64,000 nucleotides of DNA from Octopus sinensis (lineage: Eukaryota). The position numbers were made by a program, and so were the translations under genes. The notes under the pieces are model-generated. The model was not told where the DNA came from. It worked only from the letters and a program-made list of their open reading frames with translations, and did not search any database. This document shows, piece after piece, positions 13,694 to 25,075 of this stretch (the first letter of the stretch is position 1; every line of letters starts with the position of its first letter). The stretch is from positions 13,082,001-13,146,000 of the forward strand of contig NC_043009.1 of the NCBI RefSeq assembly GCF_006345805.1, written 5' to 3'.

Positions 13694-13945
13694 TTAGAAG
13701 ATTGACCACTAAAAGTAAACAGCCGATATGCTAGATATAGACATCAAAATCATCATTTTCCATGAAGAATATGTTCTCAAGAAAAAAATTCAGCAAAAAA
13801 CCAAAGCGTAAAAATAAGCAAGACAAATGAAAATTTGGTTTTTTGCTGAATTTTTTTCTTGAGAACATATTCTTCGTGGAAAACGACGATTTTGACGTCC
13901 ATATCTAGCATATAGGCTGTCTACTTTTAGGGGTCAATCCTCTAA
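13694..13945. repeat. Foldback element: 112-bp inverted arms, 28-nt spacer, abutting (TA)n
   Basis: 13694-13805 vs reverse complement of 13834-13945, about 9 mismatches by hand alignment. Confidence 0.92.
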
Positions 13946-14516
13946 TTATATATATATATATACGTGTACGTATGTATGTTATATGTGTATCTCATAAAAG
14001 AAGGTACATCAGATTGCAATGTTCATGATATATATCAATATGGTAATACTTTACTAATGTAATGTAGTTAATAAAAAAAAAAAAAAACTTTCGATTAAAT
14101 CTGATTATTCAAGCAAGTAATTGATAAAACTTTGTGGGTGATTAAAATCTGAAAACAAAGTGCAAACGAGCTAATATCTCCATTAAAACCAGTAGGTGGA
14201 AATCATTTGACGATATGTTTCCATGTCGCTAGTGAAAGCAACGCTTATGTCGTAATAATTTTTCGATCAACTGGCATTTTTATGAGGGATATATAAAATG
14301 AGGAAGAGATTTGTTTCATAATATTTCGAGGTTCGAATTGGAGCATCGCGTTTTCCAATCAGTCTTTTATACAAGACAATGAAGTATCTTTATATTTAAT
14401 ACACAACAGACGCTCACACACTCATGTACATATCTGTTTAAATACATCTACTTCTCTTTCAGTTTATGTGCCTGTATGTGTGTATGTGTATATATATATA
14501 TATGTATATATGTATA

Positions 14517-14552
<36 letters not shown>

Positions 14553-14562
14553 ATATACATAC

Positions 14563-14608
<46 letters not shown>

Positions 14609-14629
14609 TATACATACACACACACACAC

Positions 14630-14664
<35 letters not shown>

Positions 14665-14701
14665 ATCCATACGTATATATATATACGTATGAACAAGCAA
14701 A

Positions 14702-15699
14702 CAGCTTGTTCATTTATATAAAACAGATGTGTTCATTTATATAAAACAGATGTGTTCTGGAGGTTTTGTTTAGAAGAAGAGAACTTTTTCTTTGAAGGGG
14801 TGAGGTTACATTGACTATGGAAATATAGGTAGATAGATAGGCTGAGAAATAGGTAGATAGATAGATGGATAGATAGATGGTCAGACAGATGGATAGGTTG
14901 TGAGAGGGAGAGAGAGAAGGGGTCTCCTCTTCCATATATTTATTTAGACATTTACCATTGTATTGCAATGGGTTTAAGGGTGGTGACCTCTTCAAAAAAA
15001 AAAAAAAAGACAGGTGCGGTTTGATCATCACAAAGTCTTTTCACTTCACGTTTACTTCTTTTTACCTCTTTCTTTCCTTTTCTCCATTTTGTGTTATATT
15101 TAGAATACAAAACGTACTCTCTCCCCTTTTCCTTCAAACATTCAATTTTGGAGAGAATGATGAGATGTAGTTCTGCATGAAAAATCATCAGTATAATATT
15201 TGCAAATTAAAAATTAAAAATATAAATAAATAAATAAAATAAAATAAAATAATGTATATATATATATATGCGTAAAGCTAGAACATCCAAGTGATGCCAT
15301 ACATATATATACCTGAACCTTTGTAGAGATGCGCCACATTTGGTATGAAAAAATGCAATTCACCGCTTTACCTTCAAGCATTCAGTTTTGGAGAAAATCC
15401 CTTGATGCAGTGTGTGTGTGTGTGGGGGGGGGGATGTCCATGTTTTTACTGTGTATCTTTGATCAAGCCTCTTTCAATTTCATGTTTTTTTTTTGCATTA
15501 CGGAGCATTCGTATAACACTTACAAACTGCTATCTCTCTCTCTCTCTATCTATCTATCTTTCAGTCTATCTACCTACCTATATTTCTATCTCTTCTTCTC
15601 CATTGTCAATGGAAACTCAACCGAAAAAAAAAAAGCAATGTTCTCTTCTTCTAAACAAAACCCCCCAGAATCATCTGTTTTATATAAATGAACAAGCTG
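14702..15699. mobile_element. ~1-kb element bounded by ~170-bp imperfect inverted repeats (MITE/foldback-like)
   Basis: CAGCTTGTTCATTTATATAAAACAGATG at the left end, its exact reverse complement at the right; similarity continues through GGTTTTGTTTAGAAGAAGAGAAC. Confidence 0.65.
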
Positions 15700-15996
15700 G
15701 TTGTACATTCACAAAATTTTAGTTGACAAGATTGAGCTAGGAACGAAAGCACTAATAATAATGAGGAAATAAAAAGATTTCTTCCAATATTCTGGCGATT
15801 TTTTCTCAGTGTATATGTGTATGTACATAAGTATATATATATATATATATATATATAGATCAATAAATGGTGGGGTTGTGTTGACCGCACGTGGAGAAAT
15901 GATAAGTAAGGAAAAACTTTTTTAAAAATGCAGAATGCTCAAATGAAAGAAAATTTTAATAAAATGAGAAATTGATAAAATATATAATATATATTT

Positions 15997-16002
15997 ATTC
16001 AA

Positions 16003-16054
<52 letters not shown>

Positions 16055-16086
16055 GTATGTATTTATATATAATATTATATATATTA

Positions 16087-16117
<31 letters not shown>

Positions 16118-16124
16118 GATTATG

Positions 16125-16173
<49 letters not shown>

Positions 16174-16179
16174 TTATAT

Positions 16180-16256
<77 letters not shown>

Positions 16257-16257
16257 A
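15997..16257. repeat. Long (TA)n microsatellite
   Basis: Direct inspection. Confidence 0.95.
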
Positions 16258-16465
16258 CGGGAAGCTTTATGAAAGAAACAAAAGACGAAGGCAAGTGGAA
16301 TACAAACAAACAATTGTATTAGTATGGCGCTCAGGAATATAAATAAAACAAGTCTTTTACGTTTCGAGCCTACGCTCTTCAACAGAAAGATACACAGAAA
16401 AGAAACACGGAGAGAAACAAGGAGAGAAAAAAAATGCGTGCAGAAGCTAGCGAATCAACATGGCG

Positions 16466-16468
<3 letters not shown>
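16258..16468 (-). mobile_element. ~210-bp (TA)n-flanked PLE-derived element with hammerhead motif
   Basis: (TA)n on both sides; hammerhead at 16354-16389. Confidence 0.7.
16354..16389 (-). ncRNA. Minimal type I hammerhead ribozyme motif (core variant CUGUUGA)
   Basis: CTTT-CTGTTGA-A-GAGC(GTAG)GCTC-GAAAC-GT-A-AAAG. Confidence 0.7.
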
Positions 16469-16544
<76 letters not shown>

Positions 16545-16558
16545 TGTATGTGTGTGTA

Positions 16559-16756
16559 CAGTAAATCCTCGACTATCACGGGAGTTACGTTCCGAAACTT
16601 CTCACAGAAATAATTTAAATATAAACACCTATCGGCCGCAGAAACCCGTGATATACTGAGTAGTCCGTGATATAAATTTAACTATATCTTTGACAGAAAA
16701 ATCTGCGATGTACTAGTGCGCGATAGTTGAACAGCGATATGGGGAAGTATTACTTG
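16559..16756. mobile_element. pogo/Tigger-like MITE with TA target duplication
   Basis: TA|CAGTAAATCCTCGACTATCAC ... GCGATATGGGGAAGTATTACTTG|TA; imperfect TIRs. Confidence 0.55.
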
Positions 16757-16839
16757 TATTGTGTTGGCAAACACTATACAAGATATATTAAAAATTTTAT
16801 TATAACGATGTAAAGCGTGTCCTTTTTCCTGCTATAATT

Positions 16840-16892
<53 letters not shown>

Positions 16893-16904
16893 CGTGTGAG
16901 TGTA

Positions 16905-17115
16905 TACTTGTGTGTCTGTTTGCCATCCCACCATCACTTGACAACCGATGTTGGTTTGTGTACGTCCACGAAACTTAACGGTTCGGCAAAAAGACCGATA
17001 GAATGAGTACTAGGCTTACAAATAATGATACCTTGGGTCGATTTGTGCGACTAAAGGCGGTGCTCCAGTATGGCCACAGTGAAATGACTGAAAAAATTAA
17101 GAGACCAAAAGAATA
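16905..17115 (+). mobile_element. SINE family A, 3' half
   Basis: TTGACAACCGATGTTGG...GGTTCGGCAAAAAGACCGATAGAATGAGTACTAGGC...GGCGGTGCTCCAG. Confidence 0.85.
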
Positions 17116-17139
17116 AGTATATATATATATATATATACT

Positions 17140-17880
17140 AAGTGGCCTTTGCAAAAATCATATGAGCCGGGAGTTTCTAGCGTCCAGCTCAAAAGGTTTT
17201 GAATATGTGAAGGCCAAACTTCCAAACATCACCGAGAAACAACGGAAGAAGTGCGTATTCATAAGTCCGCAGATAAAAGAACTGGGTCATGAAATTGAGC
17301 TTAAAGCCTGGGAATCATTCAAATGGCTCAGTGAAAATTTCCTAGGCAACAAGAGTTTAGAAATGGAGTGAAATGTCTTGTAGACTCCTATGCTGCAATG
17401 GGCTGTCGGATGTCACTAAACGTCCATTTCCTTGATTCACATCTGGACTTTTTGCAGAGAACCTTGGAGCAGTGTCTGATGAGCAAGGGAGACGCTTTCA
17501 TCAGTATATTACATCAATGGAACAACGATATTAAAGATTTTGGAATGTAGGAATATTAGCTGACTACTGTTGGATGTTATACATGGATGAACCTGAGACA
17601 AAACACGATAGAAAGTTCAAATCCCAAAGATTTTAAGTTGTTTTGCATTTGGGTGTTTTCTAAGTTATTTGTACACAATAATTTTAATTTTGTACAATAA
17701 AAAGCCATGAAACTATCGTATCTTGTATTAAATATAGTTTATATAGACATGCTCTACGTACTCTATAAGTTAAAATAGCAGGTATCATTAGCAGGAAAAT
17801 GTGACCTGATAGAGGAAATTAGACTTTAGATTCGTAATCAGCATCAGAAATTAACATAAAAAAATCTACCAGCAACTATG
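17140..17880 (+). pseudogene. DNA transposon transposase C-terminal relic, probably CMC-Chapaev3-like
   Basis: AWESFKWLSENFLGNK; YAAMGCRMSLNVHFLDSHLDF; LGAVSDEQGRRFHQ; ILADYCWML; the superfamily label is from recall. Confidence 0.6.
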
Positions 17881-18546
17881 ATGATTAAAAAAAGTTTCAT
17901 TTTGTTGATCAGTGTTATTACTTTAAAGGATTTGCTAGCGTTTCATCAGGTATCGTGTTTTATAGAAGATACCTTACTAAATATACTCGGCTTCGTTTGC
18001 AATGTTGTGGTTGTCAGTAGATTGTTGACTATAGTGACAGAGAATGGATACGTTTTCTCCGGGTTATAAACGGTTAATGGGTCTGGTTACAATTCACAGT
18101 GAATTCATGACATAAAGTAAAATAATAAAAGAATAAGAAATAAGAAAGTGACGGAAGATAAGAATTAAAAGACAAAATGAAGATAAGTATACAAGTGATG
18201 ACATAAACAAATATATAGACGTACATAGAAACACCGTAGTGGTCACGTGGAAACTCCTCCTCCAGCTCATACCGTTAAGGAGATGTCACTGAATACGGTC
18301 ATTAAGAACTGAGATGGTGTTATTCGAGGCAAAAGGAGAAAGAGTATCTGCGGCCAGACTACAATCGGTTTCAGATGACTGGGCAGGCGTATTTACACAT
18401 GGTGTATTTGACACACGTACAGACGCATACTCAGATATATATATATATATATATATATGAGTTCAGCAAAAATTTAGATTCAAATGAATATGGTACTTAA
18501 GTTGAGGCAGAAGAATTTAGTACGGTATTATCCATACAATTTCAAA

Positions 18547-18723
18547 ATAAGGTGATTAAAATCAAAATAAGCAACAAGGATATCCAGAGGTAAATGCAGG
18601 ATTGCTCTGCATTTAAAATGATGTAATGGTTGCATTTTTTCAATTAAATGGAGTTACGTGAAACGATCGTGCTGCATTACCTCTGGATATCCTTCTTACT
18701 TATTTTGATTCTAATCACCTTAT
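18547..18723. repeat. Foldback: ~52-bp inverted arms, right arm abutting (TA)n
   Basis: ATAAGGTGATTAAAATCAAAATAAGCAACAAGGATATCCAGAGGTAAATGCAG vs reverse complement of 18672-18723, about 90% identical. Confidence 0.85.
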
Positions 18724-18788
18724 ATATACATGTGGGTGTGTATGTGTGTATACACAGACATATGCATATATATATATATATATATGTA

Positions 18789-19090
18789 GGGCAAGTGTCT
18801 TCTACTATAGCCTCGTGCAGACCAGAACCTTTTGAGTGGATTTGGTGGACGGAAACTGAAATTTATATCCATTTATATGTGTGTGGGTATATGCTTGTGT
18901 GTTTGTGTTTGTTCCCCCACCATCGCCTGACAACCAATGTTGGTGTGTTTACGTCCCTGTAACTTAGCGGTTCGGCAAAGACCGATAGAGTAAGTGCTAA
19001 GCTTTGAAGGAAAAAAGTCCTAAAGGCGGTGTTCCAGAATGGGCACTGTCACATGACTGAAACAAATAAAATAATAAAAGAATAAAAAGG
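18789..19090 (+). mobile_element. SINE family A, 5'-truncated
   Basis: Starts GGGCAAGTGTCTTCTACTATAGCC; ends GACTGAAACAAATAAAA. Confidence 0.85.
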
Positions 19091-19091
19091 A

Positions 19092-19139
<48 letters not shown>

Positions 19140-19726
19140 AATCTGTATATTTACACATCCCCAGATATATCCAAATAGGTATTCCTCCACACACGCACAC
19201 ACTCACACACACACACACTCACACACACACACACACATAGACGCCGAGTGCAGTTTATTAGTCATATATAATTAAAGAATGAATTGATTATTCAGTTCAT
19301 TGGTTTATCAAAGCCTTAATCTTCGAAACTATGGCATTTTAGATTGAATTCTCTGGACTGTTTCTTGTTATTTTCGCCTCCGATATTTATGTATTTGCCT
19401 TTTTTCTTCCTTTTGCCCTGCGGGTGTTTTCATGTGTGACGTGTGCAAATGTGTCTGTGTGTTTGGTTCGTCGTTTTAATGTCTGAGTTCGTTTTGAAGT
19501 GGTATGATATTTATTACGTAGTTGTATATATTAATATATATTTATCTGTGGTTAGTTTCTAAGCATACCATCTATGTAGCATAACCTCGTATACCGGTCA
19601 GTCTATCTATAAATGTACCCCTCGATACACAAGCACACACATATATATATACATGTATGTATATGTATATATATATTAATATATATAATATATATATGCA
19701 TATATATATATACACATATACACATA

Positions 19727-19779
<53 letters not shown>

Positions 19780-19786
19780 TATATAT

Positions 19787-19877
19787 GTAAATATAATATG
19801 TGACAATTATTCGGTAGCCATGAAAAAACTCGAAGTTTTATTATGGCTACCGAATAATTGTCACATATTACGTTTAC
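19787..19877. repeat. Hairpin: 35-bp arms (2 mismatches), 21-nt loop, between (TA)n tracts
   Basis: AATATGTGACAATTATTCGGTAGCCAT ... ATGGCTACCGAATAATTGTCACATATT. Confidence 0.92.
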
Positions 19878-20063
19878 AGATATATATATATATGTGTGTG
19901 TGTGTGTGTTTGTGTGTGTGTGTATATGTATATATATATATATAATTACATTTACAGATAAATTCCTCTGTTTACATAATATCGAGGTCTCTTTCCTTTG
20001 TTGTCTTACCATTTTTATAAATATATATATATGTATACATACATACACATGCATATATGGGTT

Positions 20064-20967
20064 GGGTACAGGACGTCACCAAAAGTAAACAACATGAAAT
20101 ACGAAAACAAATGAGTTAAATACGCAAATAACGAGAGACAAAATGGAAAACAGGACAGGACAAGCAACACAAAGAACGACCTTTCATCAGTTGTTGGCTG
20201 TCTATCTACTCCTCATTTCGAGAATTGAACGGCAATATGAGTCTTCGAAGACAGTTGCTCCCATAAATACCAAAATAAAATTTGGGATTTATGAAGGGTC
20301 AAAGCTGGGAAAAAAAGAGGACAATGGAGACATACAAGGAAAATAGCGAGCACTAGAGAAATATTTTCTTTGAAAAGAGAAACGAATGATTATAGACGTA
20401 GAAGACGCATCCATTTCCCAGTAAGTTTACTTTAACATTTTTGATGCGACTCTACACTATACTGTTTCCTCCCCCATCTTTCTCTAATTCCATTTTCTCC
20501 CTGTTCCCTGTTTCTATCGCTATCTCCACCTCTTTCTCTCTCTTCTCTCTCTCTCGTTACTCACACGTGACCATCGTCCATCTTTCTTTCCCTCACGTGA
20601 CCATCTTTCTTTTCCTCCAGGAGGTCCACAGAATTGGACGTCTTCTATCTCTCTCTTCCATGTTTTCTCTTTCGAAAGAAAATATTGCTCCAGCGTTCGA
20701 TATTTTACACTCGTTCTGGTAAAACGACCCTCCATGTTTCTTTACATTCGGTTTCCTTGTATGTCTCCACTGTCCACTTTTTGTTCCCAACTTTAACCGT
20801 CCATACATCCAAAATTTTATTTCGGTATTTATGGGAGTAACTGTCTTCGAAGACTCACATTGTCGTTCAATGTTCGAAATAAGGAGTAGATAGACAGCCG
20901 ACATCCGTTCTTTGTGTTACTTGAAATACGAAAACATGTTGATTACTGTTGGTGGCATCCTGTACCC
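20064..20967. repeat. Inverted pair of a ~340-bp repeat (20064-20408 +, 20639-20967 -)
   Basis: Both arms contain GGCTGTCTATCTACTCC...GAGTCTTCGAAGACAGTT.CTCCCATAAATACC; the ORF track shows paralogous peptides on opposite strands. Confidence 0.85.
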
Positions 20968-21030
20968 ATACATGTATATATATTATTTATATCATTATTT
21001 AATTGAACGCCACGCATCCATTTCCAAGTA

Positions 21031-21113
<83 letters not shown>

Positions 21114-21119
<6 letters not shown>

Positions 21120-21243
21120 TCCGACGAAGAGCTCCGCTCGAAGCGTTAAACCCTCCTTCCCTTCTTTCCTGAGCGTCAAAAATAATACTTTAATTGTTCC
21201 ACGTCCTCGCGTTGCTGTGTTTTTTCTGTTTTCTTGTTTGGAT

Positions 21244-21250
<7 letters not shown>
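21114..21250 (+). mobile_element. (TA)n-flanked hammerhead-family element, decayed core
   Basis: GTTT-CCGACGA-A-GAGC(TCC)GCTC-GAAGC-GT-T-AAAC at 21117-21151; homologous to 49420-49628. Confidence 0.75.
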
Positions 21251-21314
<64 letters not shown>

Positions 21315-21499
21315 GCTTGCTCTACTAAGCACTTCTGCATACACACACATATAGTTTCCTTCTTCCTCTATATTTCTGTCAATCTATCTAACCATTAACC
21401 CTCTGCCTGGTAGTTGTAGAAGTAAAAAGCTATACAATTGAGCTATAATCGTATTAATTCTTCTGTGAAAGTGTTATAACATTTTAAGTAACTATGTAT

Positions 21500-22130
21500 T
21501 GATCTGCAATAACCCCACCACAAATTATTGCATTTATTTTGAATTGTTTTTAAACCACACATATGCCTATGGAAAGGCGGATGTACAACCTCTTCTGCAA
21601 ACGTGTTTTCTTTTAATATAACATTTGATAGTAAAGCTTTCTGTCGCTTAAGTCAGCGACCCCGCATTTTTTAATCAATGAATGTAAAGGACGATTTACC
21701 TTCTAACTCTATAAATGAGGCACTTTCTCAATATTTTTCTATGCTTTCCATCTGTTACAATTGGCTTCAGTTTTATATTGCGCAATTTTTTCAATTTATT
21801 AGAAATAGCATGTTAGCGTTTTATGGTTCCGCTATTTTCAATTATCTCAACTATATAAAAGAAAACATGATGCTGTTTGTGCGATTCATGCCCACCATGG
21901 CGTTTAGGATTTTGTTTATGTGAAAATAATGAACGACAATTTTGACAATCATTCCAGATCCACCAAAAATAATTGGATTGTCCCTGAGATAATCCGTTCA
22001 TACTTCAGGGAAAATCTGTAAATATATACAGTTATGAGCAATCAGATATTCAGAAAAACTAACAGATCGAATATCACTTGCTGGTGCATCTCAAAAATAG
22101 GTGCCATTAAGTAAACTTACTTTTAAAATG
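21500..22130 (-). pseudogene. Merlin (IS1595-like) transposase relic
   Basis: DYLRDNPIIFGGSGMIVKI resembles LxxNPxxxGGxGxIVEIDES; heavily decayed. Confidence 0.4.
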
Positions 22131-22727
22131 AGTATAAGTGTGAATCCATTCGTACCGTTTTCATTTAATACAGTTCATTGCTTGGTAATTCAAATTCGAT
22201 GCAAAACACCTGGTTCAGTTTATTGGAACGCTAAAGTAGATTTTTACTTAGAAGACTATACTATTTCATAAAATAGTTACTTAAAATGTTTCTGCGATTA
22301 ATATTTGGTTTATATTGTTTTCACATACATGGCGCACCTTTTTAACAGGCTTTTCAATATTTTGTTCCTTTTGTTGATTGACTCATTCATTCGAGAAGAA
22401 ATTTTAGCTGCACTGTCAAAAAGAAAATTGTGAATATACACAAATGCAGAGTCTCCAAGAACGACGCAAAAGAGAAAAAAAAAATCGTGTAATGAAATTG
22501 AATTAATAAAACAAAGTGACCTAGACAATGTCCTTTACAAGTCTATGACTGATTATGAACGTTGGGCTTTGAGTATATTATCTTTTCCACTTTTAATAAC
22601 TACAAATGTATATTTGTTATTCATAATCGCTAATGTACTATGAATACTGTAAAAACACAAACAAACAAACAAAAGCAACGCAGAAAACTTAATAACGACA
22701 AAGTTACTTTTCATATTGTTTTCAAAT

Positions 22728-22875
22728 TTTGGCACAAAGCGAGCGATTTAAGGGGAAGAGTTTTGTCCAGTGCTCAAATGGTTCTTATTTTATCGACCCC
22801 GAAAGGATCTCAGAAGAGCGGAATTTGAATTCAGAAATGCCGCTAAGCATTGTGCCCGGCGTGCTAACGATTTTG
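22728..22875 (-). mobile_element. SINE family B, partial
   Basis: TTTATCGACCCCGAAAGGAT...GAATTTGAATTCAGAA...CCGCTAAGCATTGTGCCCGGCGTGCTAACGA. Confidence 0.8.
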
Positions 22876-23159
22876 CAGGTCACCCCTACTGAAGGGTTAC
22901 TTTTCATAATGATAATTTACAATACGGTTTATCAAAAGTGAATTTTTCTTTGGTTTCGGATCCGTCAAACGCTTGATTATGGTATATATCATCCAGAAGT
23001 AAATACAGATCATTATGAAGATAAAGGAGTCCAGAAACTAATATAAAGGTAAAATAGCACTCGATCATCCTGATGTTTGTTATCATTATCAGTTTATCTG
23101 GCGTACACAAGAAGGAGATCATTAAGGATATGTTAGAAGTTCAAGTGATTGCAAACATA

Positions 23160-23525
23160 TCTTTATATATAAAAGAGAAGTTGTGTGTCTGTCTCCTACG
23201 ATTTAGATTCCTAACTACTCCCACATTTTGCGGTGCAGTTTAACCAAAACCGGGTATCTTATAGTCGTGATTCATATCGAGCCCTTCTGGGTATTAGCGC
23301 GCGTTTACGATAATTTTTTTCCATTTTAATGCATTTTTCGCTATTATATAAGGGAAGTAACTCTCTAAAAATGTCTACGATGAGTCAACGATTAAAAAAA
23401 AAATTACCATAATTTTCTTTCCATTTTTAATGCATTTTTTTGTTATTTTTTGGCTATAACTCCCTAAAAATCCTTATATAGTTATTTCACTTACAAACTC
23501 GAGCAACGCCGGGCGATACTGCTAG
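23160..23525 (+). mobile_element. Non-autonomous Helitron
   Basis: A|TCTTTATATATAAAAG ... GAGCAACGCCGGGCGATACTGCTAG|T: 5'-TC, 3'-CTAG, inserted between A and T, no TSD. Confidence 0.8.
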
Positions 23526-23909
23526 TAGAATATACAGGGAACCGAAGCAGAATTATGAGTACAAAAACGTCCAGAGAAATATAGAATAATACGTGTAGTA
23601 AATGGAGTGTTCAAATAAGAAAAATAGAACGGAGAAGCAACATCATTTTGGACATAGAAGGTATCCAAATATCCAAATACATCGAATGTACGATAATGCG
23701 TACAGTGTATTCACAAAACTGCATGCAATATGTACATCTAAACAGTACGGATAAAGTATATATTGTACATATATGTAAACAATTGTATACGTTCAGTTAC
23801 TGAGGGACCTTCACTGAATTTTTCCAGGTTTTCCAGGCGTAGATGGCTGTTGGTGTATATGTACATTATTTACATTTGACGGATATTTGCCCTCATCTTG
23901 TTCGTTGTT

Positions 23910-23956
23910 AACACATCGTTTCGGCTGATATACCCTCCAACCTTCATCAGGTGATT
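23910..23956 (-). ncRNA. Type I hammerhead motif (U16.1 mutated in this copy)
   Basis: AATCAC-CTGATGA-A-GGTTGG(AGGGTATA)TCAGCC-GAAAC-GA-T-GTGTT. Confidence 0.7.
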
Positions 23957-24068
23957 GGGGAAATTTCGATAGTGGATTGTCATTCCGAAGGTATTTTTCG
24001 ATGTTTTTATCATTATTATTATTATTTTTATTGATAATAATAATAATTATTATTATTACTATTATTCA

Positions 24069-24134
24069 GGTCACTGCCTGGAATCGAACTCGGAATCTTG
24101 GGGTTAGTAGCCCGTGCTGTTAACTACTACGCCG
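24069..24134 (-). ncRNA. tRNA-like Pol III cassette (not a bona fide tRNA gene)
   Basis: GGCGTAGTAGTTAA (A box-like), GGG-CTACTAA-CCC anticodon-like arm (ACT), GAGTTCGATTCC (B box); poor acceptor stem. Confidence 0.65.
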
Positions 24135-24404
24135 TGGGCAATTATGGAGTGAATTTTAGGGCTTATAAATCTAACATTTTCCTATCCTTCCTTAATACCG
24201 GTTCCCATATGCTATTCATATCTGCACTTGGTCTCCTTAGGAGGTTGTTGTATTCTAGCATAGTTGCTGCTTCTTTTAGTTTTCGTATTTTCCAGTGGTG
24301 TTCTCTCTCTATTATATTAACTTCAGATTGCTGACCCGATGTATATATAGATATATGTAAAAATCTGCTGATGCGCAACAGCTCTTATAACTTTTATATT
24401 CTCC

Positions 24405-25075
24405 AGTTCTGTCATCACAACCGGCAAATATCCCGATTCTCTACATATCCTTATTGCTCGCCTTTGTCATGGCTCAACTCGGGCCAACTTCCATCGCCAT
24501 AATGTGGTCCAGGAATGTAGTGCGTCCGGTCTTCCTTGATTTTCTACTCGGCCTATTTTTCTTCTTCTTTCGGCGTTCACCCATCACTGTGGTAGTATGT
24601 GTTTCCGGCGGTAGTCAAAGCCCATGGTCATTAAACCGTATCCGTCGCATAGTAACCAGTTCTTATCACCTTTTCATTCCTCAATCTGTCCCAGTAAGAA
24701 ATGCCTGGAAATGAACGTAAGCGGTGTGGATGGATTCCGTGCAGTAACTCAGAGACTTTCACTGACTTTTTCCAGGTTTTCCATGCGTAGATGGCTGTTG
24801 GTATAACAATAAATGAGAATATCTTTTTACTGATAGGGTTCGATCTCCATATTGGTCAAAGGCGTTGGAATATTGACATTGCTCTACCTGTCCTGGCCTT
24901 CGCTTCAGCTTCTGCATCACTCTCGTTGGAAATACAACTTTCATGATTTGTAAATTTATCGATATGATAGATTTCATCTCGTCCGAGATCGACAAGTTGC
25001 GATTGGGGTCCACCAAATGACATGCTTTGGTCACTTCGGCTCAAGCTCGCATCATCATGGCTCATAAATGCTTCA
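24405..25075 (-). mobile_element. RTE-clade LINE, RT C-terminal fragment
   Basis: SCISNESDAEAEAKARTGRAMSIFQRL and downstream VTMRRIRFNDH; a short duplicate (TTCCAGGTTTTCCA.GCGTAGATGGCTGTTGGT) at ~23815-23856. Confidence 0.75.

Larger units (their letters stand above)
23860..24400 (-). mobile_element. Penelope-like element 3' end: GIY-YIG C-terminus + tRNA-like cassette + (AAT)n + hammerhead
   Basis: IIEREHHWKIRKLKEAA...RPSADMNSIWEPVLRK; tRNA-like 24069-24134; hammerhead 23910-23956. Confidence 0.7.

Noticed and set aside
24069-24134. Functional tRNA-Ser(ACT) gene
   Set aside because: Acceptor and T stems pair poorly, no Pol III terminator, and it is embedded in a mobile element
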